Virus record (IMG/VR): IMGVR_UViG_3300035162_005120
Span: 1-30,925 of that record
From: a virus
Lineage: Duplodnaviria > Caudoviricetes
Direction: 5' to 3' (one strand)
DNA: 30,925 bases
The notes under the pieces are model-generated. The model searched no databases and was not told where the DNA came from. It saw only the letters and a list, made by a program, of their open reading frames with translations. Of the stretch, positions 1-9,055 are shown piece by piece; within the stretch, counting starts at the first letter, position 1, and each line of letters starts with the position of its first letter. The translations under genes and the position numbers were made by a program.

Positions 1-402
1 GAGAAAAAAACCCTTAATAAACCTTTCAGGTTAAAAGACGGCAAGAAAAAGTTTGGGGTGTATGTGAAAAACCCTAAAACTGGTAATGTCATCATGGTAA
101 AATTCGGTGATCCTAATATGGAAATCAAAAGGGATAATCCAGATCGTAGGCGCAGTTTTAGAGCTAGACATAAGTGCGATACGGCAAAAGACAAAACAAC
201 ACCTCGCTACTGGAGTTGTAAGTTCTGGTCTAAAAAGCCTGTAAGTTCAATGGCTTCAGCAGAAGCTATAGAATGGGACGACGATGAAGTCTTAAGCGAG
301 TGGTCTTGGAGTGATGATGGTTTCGCTGAATATGAAGAGATCATTATGGATTCTCCAGATCTAAAGCTGGTTGAAGAAATTGTTGAAGAAGACGGAATAT
401 AA
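1..402 (+). CDS. Conserved phage hypothetical protein, 5'-truncated by the window (basic FGDP..RRxSFRARHxC..RYWSC domain plus acidic tail)
   Basis: Frame 1 is open from base 1 (EKKTLNKPFRLKDGKKKFGVYVK...), so the track's start at 58 is not the true start. The KFGDPNM...RRRSFRARHKC...RYWSCKFW motif is recognised from large-phage hypotheticals. Confidence 0.7.
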   Translation, partial: EKKTLNKPFRLKDGKKKFGVYVKNPKTGNVIMVKFGDPNMEIKRDNPDRRRSFRARHKCDTAKDKTTPRYWSCKFWSKKPVSSMASAEAIEWDDDEVLSEWSWSDDGFAEYEEIIMDSPDLKLVEEIVEEDGI

Positions 403-410
403 GATATAAT
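383..410 (+). promoter_or_regulatory. Putative sigma70-type promoter TTGAAG-N16-TATAAT
   Basis: TTGAAG 383-388, perfect TATAAT 405-410, ATG at 421; no Shine-Dalgarno before the ATG. Confidence 0.55.
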
Positions 411-420
411 CCCTCATTAA

Positions 421-1275
421 ATGAGGGTGTTATTTATTTCTGACTTTACGCTAGAAGATAGTTCTGGCGGCGCACAATTAAGTAATAAAATTATTATAGA
501 TAAAGGAAGAGAGCTGGGCCATGAAATTAAAGAGCATAATTATAAATCTTCAGTTACAGATTTTCTTTCTTCTTATGATTTGGTGATTAATTCTAATTTG
601 GCGTTGATTAATAGAATTACTCCAGAAAAAATGCCCTTGATCTTAAGGATGCCTAATTCAGTTAGGCTTGAGCATGACTCTTGTAGTTACTTAAGCGATG
701 ACATTAGGAGACAGCTCTTTGCTAATGCTAAAAAGAATTTTTTCTTAAGCCAATACCATTTAGAGTTTTTCCAAAAGCTATATGGAGATTATTTTCATGA
801 TGTGGAGATAAATTATGATCCTATTGATACTTCACTTTTCACGAAATCTGAAGACTCTAAAGAGTATGATGTGGTTTATTGTGGTTATTTGCATCAGCTA
901 AAAGGGTTTAATAAGCTATTAGATTTCGCCAAAACAAATCCTAACAGGCAAGTCGATGTATTTGGATGGGCAGCGTCAGGAATTTCTGCTGATCATTTTT
1001 TTAAAGATATAGAAAATATTAAATACCACGGATTGTTACCTCATAACGAAGTCGCAGGAGTATTTAAAAAATCTAAAGCTTTATTTCACTCTCCAATAGT
1101 CAATGAACCTTTTTGTAGAATGGTGGGTGAAGCTTTATTGTGCGGGGTAGAAGAAATAATAGGAGATACAGAAAGGATTGGGGCTTACCTAGAGTTTAAA
1201 GAAGTGGGGTATGATAATTTCAAAAACGAATGTGAAAATGCAGCAGAAAACTTTTGGTCTGATATAAAAATATGA
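421..1275 (+). CDS. Glycosyltransferase, GT4/GT-B family
   Basis: MRVLFISDF...GGAQ N-terminus, YCGYLHQLKG, and E-x7-E motif EPFCRMVGEA. Confidence 0.85.
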   Translation: MRVLFISDFTLEDSSGGAQLSNKIIIDKGRELGHEIKEHNYKSSVTDFLSSYDLVINSNLALINRITPEKMPLILRMPNSVRLEHDSCSYLSDDIRRQLFANAKKNFFLSQYHLEFFQKLYGDYFHDVEINYDPIDTSLFTKSEDSKEYDVVYCGYLHQLKGFNKLLDFAKTNPNRQVDVFGWAASGISADHFFKDIENIKYHGLLPHNEVAGVFKKSKALFHSPIVNEPFCRMVGEALLCGVEEIIGDTERIGAYLEFKEVGYDNFKNECENAAENFWSDIKI

Positions 1276-1967
1276 GTAAATATAGAATATCAGTAATCTG
1301 CTCAGTTTACAATTCGTCCCAATGGTTGCCTTTATATCTAGAGGCTGTTAACGACCAGTTCGAACGGAATTTTGAGATTGTTTTTGTTGACGCAAATTCA
1401 ACAGACGATTCTGTGCAGCTAATTCGTGATTTTGAATTTCGCGAAGGCATTGAGGCGACCCTTATAAAAAGCGAAGAACGCATTGGCATTTACACTGCAT
1501 GGAACAGGGCAATAAAAGAGGCTCAAGGGCAATATGTAATGAATTGGAACACCGACGACCTAATTTATCCATCTGGCCTTCAAATCTATAATCAATATAT
1601 TCAAAAATACCCCGAAATAGATTTTTTCTATAGCCCCTGTTGCACGATAGGGTCTCAAAACTTTGACGACATTACGGGATTGCGAAATTGGCCCCAATAC
1701 TCTCATGAAATATTACTGCACTTATGTTTAGGCGGTCCATTTCCCCTTGTTAAAAAAAGCGCAATTGAAGAATGTGGATTCTTTAAGGAGAAATATATTT
1801 CCTCGGGGGATTACGAAATGTGGTTGAATCTTTCTAAAAACGGTTTTAATTTCAAAAAAATCCCAGAAACAGTGGGCTGTTTTTATTACCGAAAGGACTC
1901 TGTCTCAGTAAAAGGAATGGGGGTAGCCCAAAATGAAGATCGAGAAATACAAGAAAAATATAAATAA
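1272..1967 (+). CDS. Glycosyltransferase, GT2 family
   Basis: ISVICSVYN, FVDANSTDDS, GIYTAWNRAI, NTDD and GDYEMWL motifs; ATGA overlap with the upstream gene. Confidence 0.9.
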   Translation: MSKYRISVICSVYNSSQWLPLYLEAVNDQFERNFEIVFVDANSTDDSVQLIRDFEFREGIEATLIKSEERIGIYTAWNRAIKEAQGQYVMNWNTDDLIYPSGLQIYNQYIQKYPEIDFFYSPCCTIGSQNFDDITGLRNWPQYSHEILLHLCLGGPFPLVKKSAIEECGFFKEKYISSGDYEMWLNLSKNGFNFKKIPETVGCFYYRKDSVSVKGMGVAQNEDREIQEKYK

Positions 1968-1972
1968 AAATC

Positions 1973-2842
1973 ATGAAAAATTTATGTACCGTTTCTGATA
2001 TTAACTATTTATATAAAGGGTTAACACTATACGAATCCCTTAAAAGTGAAACTAAAAATTTTATATTACATTATCTATGTATTGATGATGAGTCGTTCAA
2101 TAAACTTAGACAATTCGAATCGGACTCACTTAAAGTTTACCATGTCGAGACTTATTTAGAGTCAGACACTGGACTTAAATCATTAAAGAATAGTGATTAC
2201 CGATATTTCTGTTGGTCACTAGCTTCCTATTTTACTAATAAGTTACTATTAACCGATGTGGATGCTGTAACATATATTGACTCAGACATCTATTTTTACA
2301 AAGATTTTAATTATATACTTAACGAAATAGGTGATAGAGAAATCGGTATGTTTAGACATAGACAATTCCCATTATCAACCCCAAGACCAGAAGGTCACTA
2401 CAATGTCGGTGTGGTTCATTTTAAGAAGACTAATATAGGCAAAGGACTATGTAGTTGGTGGGCCGATTCGGTGTTAAACAAAAGACATCCAGAATATGCT
2501 ACATGTGGTGATCAAAAATACTTAGAGTATTTCACAGTTGCTTGTCCACCAGAATTACTATATATCGATGAAAATATAGGTCACGGCGCACCGTGGCATT
2601 GGCAGACGCTTGAATTCTTAGGCGATGGTAAAGTAAAATTTGAGGGTCAAGAACAAGAATTAGTTTTCACACATTTTTCACAATTCGAAGATGGTGAACA
2701 CAGTTATATCCCCTCAACTATGCACCACATCTATACACCACTTGCAATGTATAAAAACAATAAAACACTAAAAGCGATTTATGATGAGTATCATTCGGAA
2801 CTTGCAAATATAAAAATAAAATATAATGGACCAAAACGATAA
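1973..2842 (+). CDS. GT-A fold glycosyltransferase (nucleotide-diphospho-sugar transferase)
   Basis: YIDSDIYF DxD motif, YNVGVVHF, GDQKYL and HFSQF; type seen in surface polysaccharide clusters. Confidence 0.75.
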   Translation: MKNLCTVSDINYLYKGLTLYESLKSETKNFILHYLCIDDESFNKLRQFESDSLKVYHVETYLESDTGLKSLKNSDYRYFCWSLASYFTNKLLLTDVDAVTYIDSDIYFYKDFNYILNEIGDREIGMFRHRQFPLSTPRPEGHYNVGVVHFKKTNIGKGLCSWWADSVLNKRHPEYATCGDQKYLEYFTVACPPELLYIDENIGHGAPWHWQTLEFLGDGKVKFEGQEQELVFTHFSQFEDGEHSYIPSTMHHIYTPLAMYKNNKTLKAIYDEYHSELANIKIKYNGPKR

Positions 2843-2854
2843 ACAAATCATTAA

Positions 2855-3745
2855 ATGAAAATAGCATTTGGAATGATAGTGTTTGAAGGTGATTATGTTC
2901 TACAACAATGTTTAGAGCAAGTTTACCCATTTGCAGAACAAATATTAATTGCAGAAGGACCAGTTTCTTACTGGCAAAGACAAGGTAGAACAACATCTTT
3001 AGATGATACTAATAAAATATTGGATGAGTTCCCTGACCCTGACAATAAAATTAAGATTGTTCATGGTCAGTTCTCAGAAAAAGACGACCAATGTAAATCT
3101 TATATGGATAATATCAATGATGATATTGACTATATATGGAATTTAGATTCTGATGAGGTATATAAGACTGAAGATTTAGAAAAAATAGTTAAATTTTTAG
3201 AGGAAGAGAAACCAAGTAGTGTCGGGGTAAGAAGTTGCTCTTTTTATGGTGGGTTTACTGATTACCTAACAGGTTTTGAATTAAATAGAGATAATTTTTT
3301 ACGCATATTTAGATATACGAAGGGTTCTACGTGGCAAACACATAGACCACCAACAATACAATACCCAGAAGGTTCAAACATTGTTAGATGCCACATTGAT
3401 AGTAATGAACTATGGGATAAATTAGGTGTTCAAATGTATCACTATTCATACACATTCCCAGATCAAGTATTCAAAAAAGTGAATTATTATAAAGATAGTG
3501 TTTCTAGGCAGAATTGCATTGATGATTATTTCAATTCAGTATATCTACCTTGGGTAACTGGGAATAAGGAATATATTGAAAATGCTTGGAATGGTGTTCA
3601 CGAATTTAAACCGCATATTAGAGGCGCATGTAGAACAGCGCCGTTTGAGTGGAAACACCCAGAGGCTATTAGTAGAGATTTGTCTCAACTAAAAGAAACA
3701 TTCAATAAACAATTAATTAAATATACCGAACATGCAGATGATTAA
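2855..3745 (+). CDS. GT2-like glycosyltransferase
   Basis: IAFGMIVFEG, ILIAEG, SLDDT, WNLDSDE and MYHYSY motifs. Confidence 0.75.
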   Translation: MKIAFGMIVFEGDYVLQQCLEQVYPFAEQILIAEGPVSYWQRQGRTTSLDDTNKILDEFPDPDNKIKIVHGQFSEKDDQCKSYMDNINDDIDYIWNLDSDEVYKTEDLEKIVKFLEEEKPSSVGVRSCSFYGGFTDYLTGFELNRDNFLRIFRYTKGSTWQTHRPPTIQYPEGSNIVRCHIDSNELWDKLGVQMYHYSYTFPDQVFKKVNYYKDSVSRQNCIDDYFNSVYLPWVTGNKEYIENAWNGVHEFKPHIRGACRTAPFEWKHPEAISRDLSQLKETFNKQLIKYTEHADD

Positions 3746-4550
3746 AGCAGTAGAAGGTAATGATTTTATAAAGAGTAAAATATTATCTGGTGAACCATTT
3801 ATAGCTAGTAAAATGGGTTTTGTAGAACAGGATGTTATCCTATCTAAGATGAGGGGTGACTTTAACTCAGTTAGGGGTATGGCATCAACTAACGCTGGAA
3901 TAACACCATCTGATAACGATACACTAAATTATTTTTCTGATCGATACATTGATGCTTTAGGTAAGGTTGATATCTTAGGTCATATACCATTACCACAAGA
4001 ACAACAAATAATTTCAAAATATGCACCACAATCTAAGTTTTCTGAATTAAGATTATTGGAACCATTTTATTATGAGAATCCTTGGAGTGAATCATTGAAG
4101 GGTAAGAAAGTCTTAGTGATACACCCATTTGAAGCTACAATATTAAAACAATTTGAAAATAGAGGAAAGTTATTTGAAAATGACAAGATTTTACCAGAGT
4201 TTACTTTAATGACAATTAAGGCTGAACAAACAAATGGCGGTGGTACTGGCAACAACAAACCATTTAAAGAATCTATGGAACTAATGGAAAGTAAAATTTC
4301 TAGTTCTGATTTTGATGTTGCGATAATTGGTTGTGGCGCTTATGGACTACCATTAGCTTCATACTGTAAAGATATGGGAAAACAAGCAGTACACATCGGT
4401 GGTGGTTTACAAATACTATTTGGAATCAAAGGTAAACGATGGGATGTCCACCCAGAAATAAGTGCGTTATATAACGCACATTGGGTAAGACCAATGGATA
4501 ATGAAAAAACAATAAGTTTCCACGCAGTTGAGGGTGGGACTTATTGGTAA
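3732..4550 (+). CDS. Polysaccharide-cluster conserved protein, probably GT-D-like glycosyltransferase
   Basis: LKGKKVLVIHPF, DFDVAIIGCGAYGLPLA, AVHIGGGLQILFGIKGKRWD and terminal EGGTYW, a family recalled from capsule/LPS loci; GT-D fold is inference. Confidence 0.6.
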   Translation: MQMIKAVEGNDFIKSKILSGEPFIASKMGFVEQDVILSKMRGDFNSVRGMASTNAGITPSDNDTLNYFSDRYIDALGKVDILGHIPLPQEQQIISKYAPQSKFSELRLLEPFYYENPWSESLKGKKVLVIHPFEATILKQFENRGKLFENDKILPEFTLMTIKAEQTNGGGTGNNKPFKESMELMESKISSSDFDVAIIGCGAYGLPLASYCKDMGKQAVHIGGGLQILFGIKGKRWDVHPEISALYNAHWVRPMDNEKTISFHAVEGGTYW

Positions 4551-4560
4551 ATTAAATAAT

Positions 4561-4719
4561 ATGATACCAGTAGTTTTAATACATAAGGGTTACCAAGATT
4601 ATTTAGGGCTTACCCTACAACAAGCAAACAAAAATAACGATGTTTATTTATTAGGTGACACTAAACCATCTGTCGGCGCTAAAAGCTTAATACGAGGTGT
4701 ATATGAACAATATAAGTGA
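4561..4719 (+). pseudogene. 52-codon remnant resembling the N-terminus of a polysaccharide-cluster protein
   Basis: ATG at 4561 gives MIPVVLIHKGYQDYLGLTLQQANKNNDVYLLGD, resembling the start of much longer glycan-locus proteins, then ends overlapping the next gene. Confidence 0.45.
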
Positions 4720-5299
4720 AACATGGAAATACAGTAATGTATTTGAAAAACAATTAACATTTAATTTGAAAGAATTGGATGGTGCATACCCACCACATTG
4801 GAAAGATTTTATTTTTTTATTAAAAACTAACAATCCAAAGAGTATGTTAGATGTTGGTTGTGGTTGTGGAGCAATCTATGAATTATGTAGACGAGAATTA
4901 CCAGAATTAAAATATTATGGTCTCGATTATTCTGAAAACGCAATCACCTTAGCTAAAAAAAATTGGGATAAAAGTTGCTTTTCAGTAAAAGATTGTATAT
5001 CTTTATCAAAAGATGATATTTATGAGTATGATTTGGTTCATTTGGGTGCGTTATTAGATGTTTTACCGAACGGCGATGAGGTATTAGAACATATATTATC
5101 AATATCACCAAATAACATCCTAATCGCTAGGATGAAACTAACAGATAAGGAAAGTTATTATAATACTTATGAAGCGTATGATGAAATTACAACATGTGTC
5201 TACTACCATAATAAAACTAACTTTTTTAGATTATGTGAGGAATATGGGTATGATGTTTCTAACATGAATAATAATTTTTATTTAACAAAAAGAATATGA
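4703..5299 (+). CDS. Class I SAM-dependent methyltransferase
   Basis: MLDVGCGCG motif I, YYGLDYSENAI motif II, YDLV; start is ATG 4703 or GTG 4697. Confidence 0.85.
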   Translation: MNNISETWKYSNVFEKQLTFNLKELDGAYPPHWKDFIFLLKTNNPKSMLDVGCGCGAIYELCRRELPELKYYGLDYSENAITLAKKNWDKSCFSVKDCISLSKDDIYEYDLVHLGALLDVLPNGDEVLEHILSISPNNILIARMKLTDKESYYNTYEAYDEITTCVYYHNKTNFFRLCEEYGYDVSNMNNNFYLTKRI

Positions 5300-6048
5300 A
5301 TGAATTTTTAGAAAAATGGGATAGAAAAGATTTATTAGATGCTATCGAAGAATTTAGTGAATTGTATGAGTCTAGACCAATCAAAGATAATAATGGTGGT
5401 ATGAAATCGGCACATATGTTTCCAGCATGGTTTATTGTACAACAAATGAAACCTAAATACTTAATAGAGAGTGGTGTATGGAAAGGACTTGGGACTTGGT
5501 TCTTTGAAAAAGCTAGTCCAAAGACTAAGATTATATCTATTGACCCACAACCTAGATTTAGAGTATATACTAGCCCTAATTCAACATACCAGACAGAAGA
5601 CTTTCTTAAAACTGATTGGTCACATCTACCAAAGGATGATACATTGATTTTCTTCGATGACCATCAAAATTTCTTTGAACGTTTAAAACATGCTTATAGT
5701 ATTGGGTTTAAAAAGATAATAACCGAAGACAATTACCCTTATCAACAAGGTGATTGTTATACACCTAAGAAAATCTTATCTAATCGTAACTATGTTATCG
5801 ATAATGCTGGGAGTAGAACTTGGTACGATAAAAATGATGATGATTTAACATATTTTGAAGATAATATTTCAGTTTATCAAGAAATGCCACCATTGTTTAA
5901 ACCAGATTTAACTAGGTGGGGAGACTCTTGGGATGAAAATTATCCTACCCCAGATTCATTGCTAAAAGAGACATCAAAACATGACTATCCAGTTTTCTGG
6001 GAGGAAAGATTCGATTACACATGGATTTGCTATATAAAACTTAAATAA
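5296..6048 (+). CDS. Putative SAM-dependent (O-)methyltransferase-like protein
   Basis: YLIESGVWKGLGTW, IISIDP, LIFFDDHQN and ITEDNY fit a Rossmann methyltransferase pattern; ATGA overlap. Confidence 0.6.
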   Translation: MNEFLEKWDRKDLLDAIEEFSELYESRPIKDNNGGMKSAHMFPAWFIVQQMKPKYLIESGVWKGLGTWFFEKASPKTKIISIDPQPRFRVYTSPNSTYQTEDFLKTDWSHLPKDDTLIFFDDHQNFFERLKHAYSIGFKKIITEDNYPYQQGDCYTPKKILSNRNYVIDNAGSRTWYDKNDDDLTYFEDNISVYQEMPPLFKPDLTRWGDSWDENYPTPDSLLKETSKHDYPVFWEERFDYTWICYIKLK

Positions 6049-6049
6049 A

Positions 6050-6997
6050 ATGATTAATTTATTCAACATACCAAACAATACACTACAAACATCAGATTAC
6101 AGTAATCTGCTCCACGGAAAACAGGTCGCTGAGTTAGAAAATAAAATCAGTAAATTTGTAGGAGCTAAACATGCTGTAGCTTTAGATAGCGCATCTAATA
6201 GTATATTCTTGTCACTATTAAACAAAAAAACAACAATAGAAGTTCCAAGCATTCTTCCCCCAGTTGTAATTAATTCAATTATTAATTCTGGAAATGATTA
6301 TACGTTTGTAGATAATGTGAATTGGGTTGGAAATTCTTATATCCTTGCTAACTTCGGGGATTATAAAATTATTGATTCAGCTCAAAAATTAGAGCAAAAT
6401 CAATTCTCTAAAGAATGTTCTGATGATGATTTAATGATTTTTAGCTTTTATCCCACTAAACCTCTTTCTGGTTGTGACGGTGGAATAATAGTTTCTAACG
6501 ATAAAAGTAAAATTGATTATTTTAAAGAAATGTCATTAAACGGTATGGGATACGCATCAAACAATTGGGAAAGAGAAATAAAATTTGTTGGTCACAAAAT
6601 GTATATGAACACAATGCAAGCTGATATTATTCTAAAAAACTTTACAAAATATGACAGTAAAATATCTAAGGTTTCTAAAATAAGAAATTACTACAACAAT
6701 TATCTAGGATTAAATAACGATAGCAACCATTTATATACAATTGATATTTCAGAAAGAGATGGACTCATAAAACATTTAAAAGGGCTTGGAATAACTTGTG
6801 GAATACATTACAAAAATCTCCATACGCATTTTTTATACAGTAAAAAACAACATTGGAACCTACCCCTTTCGGAACGAAAATCTAAAGTTACCATGTCTAT
6901 ACCAATGCATGAAAACATGACACTTGATGATGCTAAACTAATAGTTGATGAAATCAAAAAAAACAGTATTCATAAAATACGCTTTACTGATAATTAA
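6050..6997 (+). CDS. DegT/DnrJ/EryC1/StrS PLP-dependent sugar aminotransferase (FdtB/QdtB-like by context)
   Basis: GAKHAVALDSAS, IIDSAQ, FSFYPTKPLSGCDGG with catalytic Lys, GIHY, SIPMH. Confidence 0.9.
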   Translation: MINLFNIPNNTLQTSDYSNLLHGKQVAELENKISKFVGAKHAVALDSASNSIFLSLLNKKTTIEVPSILPPVVINSIINSGNDYTFVDNVNWVGNSYILANFGDYKIIDSAQKLEQNQFSKECSDDDLMIFSFYPTKPLSGCDGGIIVSNDKSKIDYFKEMSLNGMGYASNNWEREIKFVGHKMYMNTMQADIILKNFTKYDSKISKVSKIRNYYNNYLGLNNDSNHLYTIDISERDGLIKHLKGLGITCGIHYKNLHTHFLYSKKQHWNLPLSERKSKVTMSIPMHENMTLDDAKLIVDEIKKNSIHKIRFTDN

Positions 6998-7378
6998 ATG
7001 AAATTAAAATCATACACAGATGAAAGAGGAGGCTCCCTTATTCCAATTGATCTTAAATCTATCCCGTTTGAAAGCAAAAGATGTTTTATTGTATCTGACG
7101 TTCCTAAAGGGTCCATAAGAGGAGAACACGCTCATTATGAAACTTGTCAATTATTTATATGCTTAAGTGGTCAAATAGAAATGACACTATTCGATGGAAA
7201 AGTAGAAAAAAACTTTACACTTCGGAGTGGAGAATCAGCTGTTATAGACAAATTAGTATGGGGTCGCCAAAAGTATTTGACTGGAAATGAAACAGCTTTA
7301 GTATTTTGCTCTACAGATTACGAAAGAAAAGATTATATTGAAAATATTGACGAATTTAATAAAATAATCGGAATATGA
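6998..7378 (+). CDS. fdtA: dTDP-4-keto-6-deoxyhexose 3,4-ketoisomerase (FdtA/QdtA cupin)
   Basis: DERG.L, IPFESKRCF, RGEHAH catalytic His pair, Y...DYI; FdtA vs QdtA specificity cannot be told from sequence. Confidence 0.85.
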   Translation: MKLKSYTDERGGSLIPIDLKSIPFESKRCFIVSDVPKGSIRGEHAHYETCQLFICLSGQIEMTLFDGKVEKNFTLRSGESAVIDKLVWGRQKYLTGNETALVFCSTDYERKDYIENIDEFNKIIGI

Positions 7379-8310
7379 AAATTTTAGTTACAGGAGGCTG
7401 CGGATTTATAGGCAGCGCTTTCATGAAAGTAATGCTTGATAATCCTAAAATGGAAATTATCAACATAGATAAAATTTCTTATTGCGCAAATAAAAATGTA
7501 TGTGAACAATACAAAGAAAGATACGAATTAATAGAAGGTGATATTAATAATGTTTTTGAACTTTTAAAAAATCGCGAGAATGAAATAGATTACATATATC
7601 ATTTCGCTGCGGAATCCCATGTAGATAATTCTATTTCTGGGCCATACCCTTTTATTCATTCGAATATTACTGGTACGTTTAACATGCTTGAATATGCAAA
7701 AAAATACGACAAACCTATACTTATCGTATCAACTGATGAAGTTTATGGATCTTTATCTACATATTCTCCACCTTCTACAGAGGAAGATTTACTAAAACCT
7801 AGCTCTGTTTATTCGTCCTCAAAAGCTTCTGCTGATTTATTAGCATTATCTTATTTTAGAACATTTGGCACTAAAGCTATGATAACAAGATGCTGCAATA
7901 ATTACGGAGCTAATCAATACAAAGAAAAATTCATACCCACTATACTCAACAGTTTAAAAAATAATAAAAAAATTCCTGTTTACGGAGACGGAAAAAATAC
8001 TAGAGAATGGATCAATGTTTTAGATCACTGTGAAGCTGTATGGGAAGTTTCCCAGAAAGGTCATTTTGGTGAGATTTATAATATAGGATCAGGATATGAG
8101 CGATCAAATATCGATTTAGTAAGAAAAGTTGTAAACCTTTGGGGAGCAGACGATTCTTCTATTAATTTTGTAGAAGATCGGAAAGGTCATGATATTAGGT
8201 ACAGAATAGACAGTTCTAAAATTCAATCTAAAATAGGATGGAAACCTAAACATACAAATATGGATGAATTTTTAAAATTAATGGTCGATGATTATAAAAA
8301 AAGTAACTAA
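7375..8310 (+). CDS. rmlB: dTDP-glucose 4,6-dehydratase
   Basis: VTGGCGFIGS, HFAAESHVDNSI, STDEVYG, YSSSK, RCCNNYG, DRKGHDIRY. Confidence 0.95.
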   Translation: MKILVTGGCGFIGSAFMKVMLDNPKMEIINIDKISYCANKNVCEQYKERYELIEGDINNVFELLKNRENEIDYIYHFAAESHVDNSISGPYPFIHSNITGTFNMLEYAKKYDKPILIVSTDEVYGSLSTYSPPSTEEDLLKPSSVYSSSKASADLLALSYFRTFGTKAMITRCCNNYGANQYKEKFIPTILNSLKNNKKIPVYGDGKNTREWINVLDHCEAVWEVSQKGHFGEIYNIGSGYERSNIDLVRKVVNLWGADDSSINFVEDRKGHDIRYRIDSSKIQSKIGWKPKHTNMDEFLKLMVDDYKKSN

Positions 8311-8323
8311 GGAGATTTTATAA

Positions 8324-9055
8324 ATGAAAGGTATTATTTTAGCAGGAGGCAGTGGAAGTAGACTTTACCCATCTACTTTAACTACTAATAAGCACCTTCT
8401 TCCTATCTACGATAAACCAATGATATACTATTCTCTAGATATTTTAGTAAAAAATAATATAAAAGATATTTGTTTAATTACATCTCCTGAATATATAGAT
8501 GATTTTAAAAAAATAAAAAAAACATTAGAAAATGTAGTTTCGTTAACTGTTATCCAACAAGATAAGCCTAACGGAATAGCTGAGAGTTTCTTGTTAAGCG
8601 AAAAGTTTATAAAAAACCATAAGGTTATGTTGGTTTTAGGGGATACTTTTCTAAATGGCTATCTACCTAAGCCATTAAACTCTGGAGCTACAATTTATGC
8701 TAAAAAAGTTAGTGACCCGACACAATATGGCGTTGTTGAATTCAGTAAAAATAAAGTCCTTTCTATAGAAGAGAAACCCACAAACCCTAAAAGTAAATAC
8801 GCCGTACCTGGAGTATATTTTTACGATGAAAATGTTGTTGATTATGCCAAACAAATAAAACCTTCACTAAGAGGCGAACTTGAAATAACAGACATAAACA
8901 AAATTTATTTAGAAAACAATAGCTTAAACGTGGTTAAACTCAAAGATGATGTCGTATGGCTTGACGCAGGAACTCACGACTCCCTGCTAGAATGTTCAAA
9001 TTATGTAAAAGATTACCAAGCTTCAACCAAACGAAAAGTAGGACTTACGGTATGA
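8324..9055 (+). CDS. rmlA: Glucose-1-phosphate thymidylyltransferase (short form, 243 aa)
   Basis: MKGIILAGGSGSRLYP, KHLLPIYDKPMIYY, EEKP, RGELEITD, WLDAGT; AAGGAG Shine-Dalgarno upstream. Confidence 0.95.
   Translation: MKGIILAGGSGSRLYPSTLTTNKHLLPIYDKPMIYYSLDILVKNNIKDICLITSPEYIDDFKKIKKTLENVVSLTVIQQDKPNGIAESFLLSEKFIKNHKVMLVLGDTFLNGYLPKPLNSGATIYAKKVSDPTQYGVVEFSKNKVLSIEEKPTNPKSKYAVPGVYFYDENVVDYAKQIKPSLRGELEITDINKIYLENNSLNVVKLKDDVVWLDAGTHDSLLECSNYVKDYQASTKRKVGLTV

Noticed and set aside
8992-9051. Longer gmd start at 8992
   Set aside because: It would overlap rmlA by 64 nt; the ATGA junction at 9052 fits the coupling pattern used throughout.
6998-9055. dTDP-L-rhamnose (rmlABCD) operon
   Set aside because: No rmlD; the cupin has the FdtA/QdtA RGxHAH motif and size rather than RmlC RGLHxQ.
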